This document shows, piece by piece, positions 48,735 through 62,637 of a DNA stretch of 64,000 nucleotides. The notes beneath the pieces were generated by a model that saw only the letters and a list, made by a program, of their open reading frames with translations, ran no database searches and was not told where the DNA came from. Location: assembly GCF_964204645.1 (NCBI RefSeq), contig NC_134035.1, positions 7,720,451 to 7,784,450 of the forward strand, given 5' to 3'. The first letter of the stretch is position 1. Each line of letters starts with the position of its first letter. Source of the stretch: Tubulanus polymorphus. Lineage: Eukaryota > Animalia > Nemertea. The translations under genes and the position numbers were made by a program.

Positions 48735-49172
48735 AACAAAACGTATAAATCTAACCGTTTTGATATTACCTTCTCGATAGGATCGCCACCTCAGCGAGGC
48801 ATCCACTTTTTATGTCTCTTTTAACACAGTTTCAATTGCTCAACTGATAAAACCAGGTACAATTATCCATTCGCTCCATCGAAAGATGTAGAAACAAACG
48901 CCTTTCCCTTCGCTCAAGGATCGGCGTTGAATAAGGCGGAGGAAACTATGAGAACAGCTACTTAGCAACACAATCTGTGACGTCACATTACCAGAAAACA
49001 TCCAATCTTCTATCTCTAACAAAGTACCGATTTGGGAATATATCTGCGACAACAAAATTTTGACACCTTCGTTCAACTAATGGCGTAAACAAACAAGCAA
49101 ATAAACAAACAAATAAACGGCTGTTTGCGAGTGCTTTTAATTTTTGAAATAAATCGAGCAAAATTTGAAAAA

Positions 49173-49291
49173 AGTCTACAGCACCCGGTATTCCCAGGCG
49201 GTCACCCATCCAAGTACTAACCGGGCCCGACGTTGCTTAACTTCGGTGATCGGACGAGAACCGGTGCTTTCAACGTGGTATGGCCGTAGAC
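49173..49291 (-). rRNA. 5S: 5S rRNA
   Basis: Array copy. Confidence 0.95.
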
Positions 49292-49729
49292 AACAAAACG
49301 TATAAATCTAACCGTTTTGATATTACCTTCTCGATAGGATCGCCACCTCAGCGAGGCATCCACTTTTTATGTCTCTTTTAACACAGTTTCAATTGCTCAA
49401 CTGATAAAACCAGGTACAATTATCCATTCGCTCCATCGAAAGATGTAGAAACAAACGCCTTTCCCTTCGCTCAAGGATCGGCGTTGAATAAGGCGGAGGA
49501 AACTATGAGAACAGCTACTTAGCAACACAATCTGTGACGTCACATTACCAGAAAACATCCAATCTTCTATCTCTAACAAAGTATCGATTTGGGAATATAT
49601 CTGCGACAACAAAATTTTGACGGCTTCGTTCAACTAATGGCGAAAACGAACAAGCAAATAAACAAACAAATAAACGGCTGTTTACGAGTGCTTTTAATTT
49701 TTGAAATAAATCGAGCAAAATTTGAAAAA

Positions 49730-49848
49730 AGTCTACAGCACCCGGTATTCCCAGGCGGTCACCCATCCAAGTACTAACCGGGCCCGACGTTGCTTAACTT
49801 CGGTGATCGGACGAGAACCGGTGCTTTCAACGTGGTATGGCCGTAGAC
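49730..49848 (-). rRNA. 5S: 5S rRNA
   Basis: Array copy. Confidence 0.95.
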
Positions 49849-50284
49849 AACAAAACGTATCAATCTAACCGTTTTGATATTACCTTCTCGATAGGATCGC
49901 CACCTCAGCGAGGCATCCACTTTTTATGTCTCTTTTAACACAGTTTCAATTGCTCAACTGAATAAACCAGGTACAATTATCCATTCGCTCCATCGAAAGA
50001 TGTAGAAACAAACGCCTTTCCCTTCGCTCAAGGATCGGCGTTGAATAAGGCGGAGGAAACTATGAGAACAGCTACTTAGCAACACAATCTGTGACGTCAC
50101 ATTACCAGAAAACATCCAATCTTCTATCTAACAAAGTATCGATTTGGGAATATATCTGCGACAACAAAATTTTGACGGCTTCGTTCAACTAATGGCGAAA
50201 ACAAACAAGCAAATAAACAAACAAATAAACGGCTGTTTGCGAGTGCTTTTAATTTTTGAAATAAATCGAGCAAAATTTGAAAAA

Positions 50285-50403
50285 AGTCTACAGCACCCGG
50301 TATTCCCAGGCGGTCACCCATCCAAGTACTAACCGGGCCCGACGTTGCTTAACTTCGGTGATCGGACGAGAACCGGTGCTTTCAACGTGGTATGGCCGTA
50401 GAC
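50285..50403 (-). rRNA. 5S: 5S rRNA
   Basis: Array copy. Confidence 0.95.
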
Positions 50404-50839
50404 AACAAAACGTATAAATCTAACCATTTTGATATTACCTTCTCGATAGGATCGCCACCTCAGCGAGGCATCCACTTTTTATGTCTCTTTTAACACAGTT
50501 TCAATTGCTCAACTGATAAAACCAGGTACAATTATCCATTCGCTCCATCGAAAGATGTAGAAACAAACGCCTTTCCCTTCGCTCAAGGATCGGCGTTGAA
50601 TAAGGCGGAGGAAACTATGAGAACAGCTACTTAGCAACACAATCTGTGACGTCACATTACCAGAAAACATCCAATCTTCTATCTAACAAAGTATCGATTT
50701 GGGAATATATCTGCGACAACAAAATTTTGACGGCTTCGTTCAACTAATGGCGAAAACGAACAAGCAAATAAACAAACAAATAAACGGCTGTTTACGAGTG
50801 CTTTTAATTTTTGAAATAAATCGAGCAAAATTTGAAAAA

Positions 50840-50958
50840 AGTCTACAGCACCCGGTATTCCCAGGCGGTCACCCATCCAAGTACTAACCGGGCCCGACGT
50901 TGCTTAACTTCGGTGATCGGACGAGAACCGGTGCTTTCAACGTGGTATGGCCGTAGAC
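50840..50958 (-). rRNA. 5S: 5S rRNA
   Basis: Array copy. Confidence 0.95.
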
Positions 50959-51394
50959 AACAAAACGTATCAATCTAACCGTTTTGATATTACCTTCTCG
51001 ATAGGATCGCAACCTCAGCGAGGCATCCACTTTTTATGTCTCTTTTAACACAGTTTCAATTGCTCAACTGATAAAACCAGGTACAATTATCCATTCGCTC
51101 CATCGAAAGATGTAGAAACAAACGCCTTTCCCTTCGCTCAAGGATCGGCGTTGAATAAGGCGGAGGAAACTATGAGAACAGCTACTTAGCAACACAATCT
51201 GTGACGTCACATTACCAGAAAACATCCAATCTTCTATCTAACAAAGTATCGATTTGGGAATATATCTGCGACAACAAAATTTTGACGGCTTCGTTCAACT
51301 AATGGCGAAAACAAACAAGCAAATAAACAAACAAATAAACGGCTGTTTGCGAGTGCTTTTAATTTTTGAAATAAATCGAGCAAAATTTGAAAAA

Positions 51395-51513
51395 AGTCTA
51401 CAGCACCCGGTATTCCCAGGCGGTCACCCATCCAAGTACTAACCGGGCCCGACGTTGCTTAACTTCGGTGATCGGACGAGAACCGGTGCTTTCAACGTGG
51501 TATGGCCGTAGAC
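51395..51513 (-). rRNA. 5S: 5S rRNA
   Basis: Array copy. Confidence 0.95.
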
Positions 51514-51951
51514 AACAAAACGTATCAATCTAACCGTTTTGATATTACCTTCTCGATAGGATCGCCACCTCAGCGAGGCATCCACTTTTTATGTCTCTTT
51601 TAACACAGTTTCAATTGCTCAACTGATAAAACCAGGTACAATTATCCATTCGCTCCATCGAAAGATGTAGAAACAAACGCCTTTCCCTTCGCTCAAGGAT
51701 CGGCGTTGAATAAGGCGGAGGAAACTATGAGAACAGCTACTTAGCAAAACAATCTGTGACGTCACATTACCAGAAAACATCCAATCTTCTATCTCTAACA
51801 AAGTATCGATTTGGGAATATATCTGCGACAACAAAATTTTGACGGCTTCGTTCAACTAATGGCGAAAACGAACAAGCAAATAAACAAACAAATAAACGGC
51901 TGTTTACGAGTGCTTTTAATTTTTGAAATAAATCGAGCAAAATTTGAAAAA

Positions 51952-52070
51952 AGTCTACAGCACCCGGTATTCCCAGGCGGTCACCCATCCAAGTACTAAC
52001 CGGGCCCGACGTTGCTTAACTTCGGTGATCGGACGAGAACCGGTGCTTTCAACGTGGTATGGCCGTAGAC
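51952..52070 (-). rRNA. 5S: 5S rRNA
   Basis: Array copy. Confidence 0.95.
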
Positions 52071-52506
52071 AACAAAACGTATCAATCTAACCGTTTTGAT
52101 ATTACCTTCTCGATAGGATCGCCACCTCAGCGAGGCATCCACATTTTATGTCTCTTTTAACACAGTTTCAATTGCTCAACTGATAAAACCAGGTACAATT
52201 ATCCATTCGCTCCATCGAAAGATGTAGAAACAAACGCCTTTCCCTTCGCTCAAGGATCGGCGTTGAATAAGGCGGAGGAAACTATGAGAACAGCTACTTA
52301 GCAACACAATCTGTGACGTCACATTACCAGAAAACATCCAATCTTCTATCCAACAAAGTATCGATTTGGGAATATATCTGCGACAACAAAATTTTGACAG
52401 CTTCGTTCAACTAATGGCGAAAACAAACAAGCAAATAAACAAACAAATAAACGGCTGTTTGCGAGTGCTTTTGATTTTTGAAATAAATCGAGCAAAATTT
52501 GAAAAA

Positions 52507-52625
52507 AGTCTACAGCACCCGGTATTCCCAGGCGGTCACCCATCCACGTACTAACCGGGCCCGACGGTGCTTAACTTCGGTGATCGGACGAGAACCGGTG
52601 CTTTCAACGTGGTATGGCCGTAGAC
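52507..52625 (-). rRNA. 5S: 5S rRNA
   Basis: Array copy. Confidence 0.93.
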
Positions 52626-53061
52626 AACAAAACGTATAAATCTAACCGTTTTGATATTACCTTCTCGATAGGATCGCCACCTCAGCGAGGCATCCACTTT
52701 TTATGTCTCTTTTAACACAGTTTCAATTGCTCAACTGATAAAACCAGGTACAATTATCCATTCGCTCCATCGAAAGATGTAGAAACAAACGCCTTTCCCT
52801 TCGCTCAAGGATCGGCGTTGAATAAGGCGGAGGAAACTATGAGAACAGCTACTTAGCAACACAATCTGTGACGTCACATTACCAGAAAACATCCAATCTT
52901 CTATCTAACAAAGTATCGATTTGGGAATATATCTGCGACAACAAAATTTTGACGGCTTCGTTCAACTAATGGCGAAAACAAACAAGCAAATAAACAAACA
53001 AATAAACGGCTGTTTGCGAGTGCTTTTAATTTTTGAAATAAATCGAGCAAAATTTGAAAAA

Positions 53062-53180
53062 AGTCTACAGCACCAGGTATTCCCAGGCGGTCACCCATCC
53101 AAGTACTAACCGGGCCCGACGTTGCTTAACTTCGGTGATCGGACGAGAACCGGTGCTTTCAACGTGGTATGGCCGTAGAC
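53062..53180 (-). rRNA. 5S: 5S rRNA
   Basis: Array copy. Confidence 0.95.
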
Positions 53181-53618
53181 AACAAAACGGATAAATCTAA
53201 CCATTTTGATATTACCTTCTCGATAGGATCGCCACCTCAGCGAGGCATCCACTTTTTATGTCTCTTTTAACACAGTTTCAATTGCTCAACTGATAAAACC
53301 AGGTACAATTATCCATTCGCTCCATCGAAAGATGTAGAAACAAACGCCTTTCCCTTCGCTCAAGGATCGGCGTTGAATAAGGCGGATGAAACTATGAGAA
53401 CAGCTACTTAGCAACACAATCTGTGACGTCACATTACCAGAAAACATCCAATCTTCTATCTCTAACAAAGTACCGATTTGGGAATATATCTGCGACAACA
53501 AAATTTTGACACCTTCGTTCAACTAATGGCGTAAACAAACAAGCAAATAAACAAACAAATAAACGGCTGTTTGCGAGTGCTTTTAATTTTTGAAATAAAT
53601 CGAGCAAAATTTGAAAAA

Positions 53619-53737
53619 AGTCTACAGCACCCGGTATTCCCAGGCGGTCACCCATCCAAGTACTAACCGGGCCCGACGTTGCTTAACTTCGGTGATCGGA
53701 CGAGAACCGGTGCTTTCAGCGTGGTATGGCCGTAGAC
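53619..53737 (-). rRNA. 5S: 5S rRNA
   Basis: Array copy. Confidence 0.95.
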
Positions 53738-54175
53738 AACAAAACGTATAAATCTAACCGTTTTGATATAACCTTCTCGATAGGATCGCCACCTCAGCGA
53801 GGCATCCACTTTTTATGTCTCTTTTAACACAGTTTCAATTGCTCAACTGATAAAACCAGGTACAATTATCCATTCGCTCCATCGAAAGATGTAGAAACAA
53901 ACGCCTTTCCCTTCGCTCAAGGATCGGCGTTGAATAAGGCGGAGGAAACTATGAGAACAGCTACTTAGCAACACAATCTGTGACGTCACATTACCAGAAA
54001 ACATCCAATCTTCTATCTCTAACAAAGTATCGATTTGGGAATATATCTGCGACAACAAAATTTTGACGGCTTCGTTCAACTAATGGCGAAAACGAACAAG
54101 CAAATAAACAAACAAATAAACGGCTGTTTGCGAGTGCTTTTAATTTTTGAAATAAATCGAGCAAAATTTGAAAAA

Positions 54176-54294
54176 AGTCTACAGCACCCGGTATTCCCAG
54201 GCGGTCACCCATCCAAGTACTAACCGGGCCCGTCGTTGCTTAACTTCGGTGATCGGACGAGAACCGGTGCTTTCAACGTGGTATGGCCGTAGAC
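54176..54294 (-). rRNA. 5S: 5S rRNA
   Basis: Array copy. Confidence 0.95.
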
Positions 54295-54732
54295 AACAAA
54301 ACGTATGAATCTAACCGTTTTGATATTACCTTCTCGATAGGATCGCCACCTCAGCGAGGCATCCACTTTTTATGTCTCTTTTAACACAGTTTCAATTGCT
54401 CAACTGATAAAACCAGGTACAATTATCCATTCGCTCCATCGAAAGATGTAGAAACAAACGCCTTTCCCTTCGCTCAAGGATCGGCGTTGAATAAGGCGGA
54501 GGAAACTATGAGAACAGCTACTTAGCAAAACAATCTGTGACGTCACATTACCAGAAAACATCCAATCTTCTATCTCTAACAAAGTATCGATTTGGGAATA
54601 TATCTGCGACAACAAAATTTTGACGGCTTCGTTCAACTAATGGCGAAAACGAACAAGCAAATAAACAAACAAATAAACGGCTGTTTACGAGTGCTTTTAA
54701 TTTTTGAAATAAATCGAGCAAAATTTGAAAAA

Positions 54733-54851
54733 AGTCTACAGCACCCGGTATTCCCAGGCGGTCACCCATCCAAGTACTAACCGGGCCCGACGTTGCTTAA
54801 CTTCGGTGATCGGACGAGAACCGGTGCTTTCAACGTGGTATGGCCGTAGAC
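54733..54851 (-). rRNA. 5S: 5S rRNA
   Basis: Array copy. Confidence 0.95.
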
Positions 54852-55287
54852 AACAAAACGTATCAATCTAACCGTTTTGATATTACCTTCTCGATAGGAT
54901 CGCCACCTCAGCGAGGCATCCACTTTTTATGTCTCTTTTAACACAGTTTCAATTGCTCAACTGATAAAACCAGGTACAATTATCCATTCGCTCCATCGAA
55001 AGATGTAGAAACAAACGCCTTTCCCTTCGCTCAAGGATCGGCGTTGAATAAGGCGGAGGAAACTATGAGAACAGCTACTTAGCAACACAATCTGTGACGT
55101 CACATTACCAGAAAACATCCAATCTTCTATCCAACAAAGTATCGATTTGGGAATATATCTGCGACAACAAAATTTTGACGGCTTCGTTCAACTAATGGCG
55201 AAAACGAACAAGCAAATAAACAAACAAATAAACGGCTGTTTGCGAGTGCTTTTAATTTTTGAAATAAATCGAGCAAAATTTGAAAAA

Positions 55288-55406
55288 AGTCTACAGCACC
55301 AGGTATTCCCAGGCGGTCACCCATCCAAGTACTAACCGGGCCCGACGTTGCTTAACTTCGGTGATCGGACGAGAACCGGTGCTTTCAACGTGGTATGGCC
55401 GTAGAC
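55288..55406 (-). rRNA. 5S: 5S rRNA
   Basis: Array copy. Confidence 0.95.
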
Positions 55407-55844
55407 AACAAAACGTATAAATCTAACCGTTTTGATATTACCTTCTCGATAGGATCGCCACCTCAGCGAGGCATCCACTTTTTATGTCTCTATTAACACA
55501 GTTTCAATTGCTCAACTGATAAAACCAGGTACAATTATCCATTCGCTCCATCGAAAGATGTAGAAACAAACGCCTTTCCCTTCGCTCAAGGATCGGCGTT
55601 GAATAAGGCGGATGAAACTATGAGAACAGCTACTTAGCAACACAATCTGTGACGTCACATTACCAGAAAACATCCAATCTTCTATCTCTAACAAAGTACC
55701 GATTTGGGAATATATCTGCGACAACAAAATTTTGACACCTTCGTTCAACTAATGGCGTAAACAAACAAGCAAATAAACAAACAAATAAACGGCTGTTTGC
55801 GAGTGCTTTTAATTTTTGAAATAAATCGAGCAAAATTTGAAAAA

Positions 55845-55963
55845 AGTCTACAGCACCCGGTATTCCCAGGCGGTCACCCATCCAAGTACTAACCGGGCCC
55901 GACGTTGCTTAACTTCGGTGATCGGACGAGAACCGGTGCTTTCAACGTGGTATGGCCGTAGAC
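55845..55963 (-). rRNA. 5S: 5S rRNA
   Basis: Array copy. Confidence 0.95.
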
Positions 55964-56399
55964 AACAAAACGTATCAATCTAACCGTTTTGATATTACCT
56001 TCTCGATAGGATCGCCACCTCAGCGAGGCATCCACTTTTTATGTCTCTTTTAACACAGTTTCAATTGCTCAACTGATAAAACCAGGTACAATTATCCATT
56101 CGCTCCATCGAAAGATGTAGAAACAAACGCCTTTCCCTTCGCTCAAGGATCGGCGTTGAATAAGGCGGAGGAAACTATGAGAACAGCTACTTAGCAACAC
56201 AATCTGTGACGTCACATTACCAGAAAACATCCAATCTTCTATCTAACAAAGTATCGATTTGGGAATATATCTGCGACAACAAAATTTTGACGGCTTCGTT
56301 CAACTAATGGCGAAAACGAACAAGCAAATAAACAAACAAATAAACGGCTGTTTGCGAGTGCTTTTAATTTTTGAAATAAATCGAGCAAAATTTGAAAAA

Positions 56400-56518
56400 A
56401 GTCTACAGCACCCGGTATTCCCAGGCGGTCACCCATCCAAGTACTAACCGGGCCCGACGTTGCTTAACTTCGGTGATCGGACGAGAACCGGTGCTTTCAA
56501 CGTGGTATGGCCGTAGAC
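56400..56518 (-). rRNA. 5S: 5S rRNA
   Basis: Array copy. Confidence 0.95.
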
Positions 56519-56956
56519 AACAAAACGTATGAATCTAACCGTTTTGATATTACCTTCTCGATAGGATCGCCACCTCAGCGAGGCATCCACTTTTTATGTC
56601 TCTTTTAACACAGTTTCAATTGCTCAACTGATAAAACCAGGTACAATTATCCATTCGCTCCATCGAAAGATGTAGAAACAAACGCCTTTCCCTTCGCTCA
56701 AGGATCGGCGTTGAATAAGGCGGAGGAAACTATGAGAACAGCTACTTAGCAACACAATCTGTGACGTCACATTACCAGAAAACATCCAATCTTCTATCTC
56801 TAACAAAGTATCGATTTGGGAATATATCTGCGACAACAAAATTTTGACGGCTTCGTTCAACTAATGGCGAAAACGAACAAGCAAATAAACAAACAAATAA
56901 ACGGCTGTTTGCGAGTGCTTTTAATTTTTGAAATAAATCGAGCAAAATTTGAAAAA

Positions 56957-57075
56957 AGTCTACAGCACCCGGTATTCCCAGGCGGTCACCCATCCAAGTA
57001 CTAACCGGGCCCGACGTTGCTTAACTTCGGTGATCGGACGAGAACCGGTGCTTTCAACGTGGTATGGCCGTAGAC
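56957..57075 (-). rRNA. 5S: 5S rRNA
   Basis: Array copy. Confidence 0.95.
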
Positions 57076-57511
57076 AACAAAACGTATGAATCTAACCGTT
57101 TTGATATTACCTTCTCGATAGGATCGCCACCTCAGCGAGGCATCCACTTTTTATGTCTCTTTTAACACAGTTTCAATTGCTCAACTGATAAAACCAGGTA
57201 CAATTATCCATTCGCTCCATCGAAAGATGTAGAAACAAACGCCTTTCCCTTCGCTCAAGGATCGGCGTTGAATAAGGCGGAGGAAACTATGAGAACAGCT
57301 ACTTAGCAACACAATCTGTGATGTCACATTACAAGAAAACATCCAATCTTCTATCTAACAAAGTATCGATTTGGGAATATATCTGCGACAACAAAATTTT
57401 GACAGCTTCGTTCAACTAATGGCGAAAACGAACAAGCAAATAAACAAACAAATAAACGGCTGTTTGCGAGTGCTTTTAATTTTTGAAATAAATCGAGCAA
57501 AATTTGAAAAA

Positions 57512-57630
57512 AGTCTACAGCACCCGGTATTCCCAGGCGGTCACCCATCCAAGTACTAACCGGGCCCGACGTTGCTTAACTTCGGTGATCGGACGAGAAC
57601 CGGTGCTTTCAACGTGGTATGGCCGTAGAC
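57512..57630 (-). rRNA. 5S: 5S rRNA
   Basis: Array copy. Confidence 0.95.
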
Positions 57631-58066
57631 AACAAAACGTATCAATCTAACCGTTTTGATATTACCTTCTCGATAGGATCGCAACCTCAGCGAGGCATCC
57701 ACTTTTTATGTCTCTTTTAACACAGTTTCAATTGCTCAACTGATAAAACCAGGTACAATTATCCATTCGCTCCATCGAAAGATGTAGAAACAAACGCCTT
57801 TCCCTTCGCTCAAGGATCGGCGTTGAATAAGGCGGAGGAAACTATGAGAACAGCTACTTAGCAACACAATCTGTGACGTCACATTACCAGAAAACATCCA
57901 ATCTTCTATCTAACAAAGTATCGATTTGGGAATATATCTGCGACAACAAAATTTTGACGGCTTCGTTCAACTAATGGCGAAAACAAACAAGCAAATAAAC
58001 AAACAAATAAACGGCTGTTTGCGAGTGCTTTTAATTTTTGAAATAAATCGAGCAAAATTTGAAAAA

Positions 58067-58185
58067 AGTCTACAGCACCCGGTATTCCCAGGCGGTCACC
58101 CATCCAAGTACTAACCGGGCCCGACGTTGCTTAACTTCGGTGATCGGACGAGAACCGGTGCTTTCAACGTGGTATGGCCGTAGAC
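58067..58185 (-). rRNA. 5S: 5S rRNA
   Basis: Array copy. Confidence 0.95.
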
Positions 58186-58623
58186 AACAAAACGTATGAA
58201 TCTAACCGTTTTGATATTACCTTCTCGATAGGATCGCCACCTCAGCGAGGCATCCACTTTTTATGTCTCTTTTAACACAGTTTCAATTGCTCAACTGATA
58301 AAACCAGGTACAATTATCCATTCGCTCCATCGAAAGATGTAGAAACAAACGCCTTTCCCTTCGCTCAAGGATCGGCGTTGAATAAGGCGGAGGAAACTAT
58401 GAGAACAGCTACTTAGCAAAACAATCTGTGACGTCACATTACCAGAAAACATCCAATCTTCTATCTCTAACAAAGTATCGATTTGGGAATATATCTGCGA
58501 CAACAAAATTTTGACGGCTTCGTTCAACTAATGGCGAAAACGAACAAGCAAATAAACAAACAAATAAACGGCTGTTTACGAGTGCTTTTAATTTTTGAAA
58601 TAAATCGAGCAAAATTTGAAAAA

Positions 58624-58742
58624 AGTCTACAGCACCCGGTATTCCCAGGCGGTCACCCATCCAAGTACTAACCGGGCCCGACGTTGCTTAACTTTGGTGA
58701 TCGGACGAGAACCGGTGCTTTCAACGTGGTATGGCCGTAGAC
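58624..58742 (-). rRNA. 5S: 5S rRNA
   Basis: Array copy. Confidence 0.95.
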
Positions 58743-59180
58743 AACAAAACGTATGAATCTAACCGTTTTGATATTACCTTCTCGATAGGATCGCCACCTC
58801 AGCGAGGCATCCACTTTTTATGTCTCTTTTAACACAGTTTCAATTGCTCAACTGATAAAACCAGGTACAATTATCCATTCGCTCCATCGAAAGATGTAGA
58901 AACAAACGCCTTTCCCTTCGCTCAAGGATCGGCGTTGAATAAGGCGGAGGAAACTATGAGAACAGCTACTTAGCAACACAATCTGTGACGTCACATTACC
59001 AGAAAACATCCAATCTTCTATCTCTAACAAAGTATCGATTTGGGAATATATCTGCGACAACAAAATTTTGACGGCTTCGTTCAACTAATGGCGAAATCGA
59101 ACAAGCAAATAAACAAACAAATAAACGGCTGTTTGCGAGTGCTTTTAATTTTTGAAATAAATCGAGCAAAATTTGAAAAA

Positions 59181-59299
59181 AGTCTACAGCACCCGGTATT
59201 CCCAGGCGGTCACCCATCCAAGTACTAACCGGGCCCGACGTTGCTTAACTTCGGTGATCGGACGAGAACCGGTGCTTTCAACGTGGTATGGCCGTAGAC
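59181..59299 (-). rRNA. 5S: 5S rRNA
   Basis: Array copy. Confidence 0.95.
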
Positions 59300-59737
59300 A
59301 ACAAAACGTATGAATCTAACCGTTTTGATATTACCTTCTCGATAGGATCGCCACCTCAGCGAGGCATCCACTTTTTATGTCTCTTTTAACACAGTTTCAA
59401 TTGCTCAACTGATAAAACCAGGTACAATTATCCATTCGCTCCATCGAAAGATGTAGAAACAAACGCCTTTCCCTTCGCTCAAGGATCGGCGTTGAATAAG
59501 GCGGAGGAAACTATGAGAACAGCTACTTAGCAACACAATCTGTGACGTCACATTACCAGAAAACATCCAATCTTCTATCTCTAACAAAGTATCGATTTGG
59601 GAATATATCTGCGACAACAAAATTTTGACGGCTTCGTTCAACTAATGGCGAAAACGAACAAGCAAATAAACAAACAAATAAACGGCTGTTTACGAGTGCT
59701 TTTAATTTTTGAAATAAATCGAGCAAAATTTGAAAAA

Positions 59738-59856
59738 AGTCTACAGCACCCGGTATTCCCAGGCGGTCACCCATCCAAGTACTAACCGGGCCCGACGTTG
59801 CTTAACTTCGGTGATCGGACGAGAACCGGTGCTTTCAACGTGGTATGGCCGTAGAC
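59738..59856 (-). rRNA. 5S: 5S rRNA
   Basis: Array copy. Confidence 0.95.
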
Positions 59857-60294
59857 AACAAAACGTATGAATCTAACCGTTTTGATATTACCTTCTCGAT
59901 AGGATCGCCACCTCAGCGAGGCATCCACTTTTTATGTCTCTTTTAACACAGTTTCAATTGCTCAACTGATAAAGCCAGGTACAATTATCCATTCGCTCCA
60001 TCGAAAGATGTAGAAACAAACGCCTTTCCCTTCGCTCAAGGATCGGCGTTGAATAAGGCGGAGGAAACTATGAGAACAGCTACTTAGCAACACAATCTGT
60101 GACGTCACATTACCAGAAAACATCCAATCTTCTATCTCTAACAAAGTATCGATTTGGGAATATATCTGCGACAACAAAATTTTGACGGCTTCGTTCAACT
60201 AATGGCGAAAACGAACAAGCAAATAAACAAACAAATAAACGGCTGTTTGCGAGTGCTTTTAATTTTTGAAATAAATCGAGCAAAATTTGAAAAA

Positions 60295-60413
60295 AGTCTA
60301 CAGCACCCGGTATTCCCAGGCGGTCACCCATCCAAGTACTAACCGGGCCCGACGTTGCTTAACTTCGGTGATCGGACGAGAACCGGTGCTTTCAACGTGG
60401 TATGGCCGTAGAC
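60295..60413 (-). rRNA. 5S: 5S rRNA
   Basis: Array copy. Confidence 0.95.
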
Positions 60414-60851
60414 AACAAAACGTATGAATCTAACCGTTTTGATATTACCTTCTCGATAGGATCGCCACCTCAGCGAGGCATCCACTTTTTATGTCTCTTT
60501 TAACACAGTTTCAATTGCTCAACTGATAAAACCAGGTACAATTATCCATTCGCTCCATCGAAAGATGTAGAAACAAACGCCTTTCCCTTCGCTCAAGGAT
60601 CGGCGTTGAATAAGGCGGAGGAAACTATGAGAACAGCTACTTAGCAACACAATCTCTGACGTCACATTACCAGAAAACATCCAATCTTCTATCTCTAACA
60701 AAGTATCGATTTGGGAATATATCTGCGACAACAAAATTTTGACGGCTTCGTTCAACTAATGGCGAAAACGAACAAGCAAATAAACAAACAAATAAACGGC
60801 TGTTTGCGAGTGCTTTTAATTTTTGAAATAAATCGAGCAAAATTTGAAAAA

Positions 60852-60970
60852 AGTCTACAGCACCCGGTATTCCCAGGCGGTCACCCATCCAAGTACTAAC
60901 CGGGCCCGACGTTGCTTAACTTCGGTGATCGGACGAGAACCGGTGCTTTCAACGTGGTATGGCCGTAGAC
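60852..60970 (-). rRNA. 5S: 5S rRNA
   Basis: Array copy. Confidence 0.95.
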
Positions 60971-61406
60971 AACAAAACGTATGAATCTAACCGTTTTGAT
61001 ATTACCTTCTCGATAGGATCGCCACCTCAGCGAGGCATCCACTTTTTATGTCTCTTTTAACACAGTTTCAATTGCTCAACTGATAAAACCAGGTACAATT
61101 ATCCATTCGCTCCATCGAAAGATGTAGAAACAAACGCCTTTCCCTTCGCTCAAGGATCGGCGTTGAATAAGGCGGAGGAAACTATGAGAACAGCTACTTA
61201 GCAACACAATCTGTGATGTCACATTACCAGAAAACATCCAATCTTCTATCTAACAAAGTATCGATTTGGGAATATATCTGCGACAACAAAATTTTGACAG
61301 CTTCGTTCAACTAATGGCGAAAACGAACAAGCAAATAAACAAACAAATAAACGGCTGTTTGCGAGTGCTTTTAATTTTTGAAATAAATCGAGCAAAATTT
61401 GAAAAA

Positions 61407-61525
61407 AGTCTACAGCACCCGGTATTCCCAGGCGGTCACCCATCCAAGTACTAACCGGGCCCGACGTTGCTTAACTTCGGTGATCGGACGAGAACCGGTG
61501 CTTTCAACGTGGTATGGCCGTAGAC
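61407..61525 (-). rRNA. 5S: 5S rRNA
   Basis: Array copy. Confidence 0.95.
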
Positions 61526-61961
61526 AACAAAACGTATCAATCTAACCGTTTTGATATTACCTTCTCGATAGGATCGCAACCTCAGCGAGGCATCCACTTT
61601 TTATGTCTCTTTTAACACAGTTTCAATTGCTCAACTGATAAAACCAGGTACAATTATCCATTCGCTCCATCGAAAGATGTAGAAACAAACGCCTTTCCCT
61701 TCGCTCAAGGATCGGCGTTGAATAAGGCGGAGGAAACTATGAGAACAGCTACTTAGCAACACAATCTGTGACGTCACATTACCAGAAAACATCCAATCTT
61801 CTATCTAACAAAGTATCGATTTGGGAATATATCTGCGACAACAAAATTTTGACGGCTTCGTTCAACTAATGGCGAAAACAAACAAGCAAATAAACAAACA
61901 AATAAACGGCTGTTTGCGAGTGCTTTTAATTTTTGAAATAAATCGAGCAAAATTTGAAAAA

Positions 61962-62080
61962 AGTCTACAGCACCCGGTATTCCCAGGCGGTCACCCATCC
62001 AAGTACTAACCGGGCCCGACGTTGCTTAACTTCGGTGATCGGACGAGAACCGGTGCTTTCAACGTGGTATGGCCGTAGAC
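61962..62080 (-). rRNA. 5S: 5S rRNA
   Basis: Array copy. Confidence 0.95.
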
Positions 62081-62518
62081 AACAAAACGTATGAATCTAA
62101 CCGTTTTGATATTACCTTCTCGATAGGATCGCCACCTCAGCGAGGCATCCACTTTTTATGTCTCTTTTAACACAGTTTCAATTGCTCAACTGATAAAACC
62201 AGGTACAATTATCCATTCGCTCCATCGAAAGATGTAGAAACAAACGCCTTTCCCTTCGCTCAAGGATCGGCGTTGAATAAGGCGGAGGAAACTATGAGAA
62301 CAGCTACTTAGCAAAACAATCTGTGACGTCACATTACCAGAAAACATCCAATCTTCTATCTCTAACAAAGTATCGATTTGGGAATATATCTGCGACAACA
62401 AAATTTTGACGGCTTCGTTCAACTAATGGCGAAAACGAACAAGCAAATAAACAAACAAATAAACGGCTGTTTACGAGTGCTTTTAATTTTTGAAATAAAT
62501 CGAGCAAAATTTGAAAAA

Positions 62519-62637
62519 AGTCTACAGCACCCGGTATTCCCAGGCGGTCACCCATCCAAGTACTAACCGGGCCCGACGTTGCTTAACTTCGGTGATCGGA
62601 CGAGAACCGGTGCTTTCAACGTGGTATGGCCGTAGAC
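62519..62637 (-). rRNA. 5S: 5S rRNA
   Basis: Array copy. Confidence 0.95.
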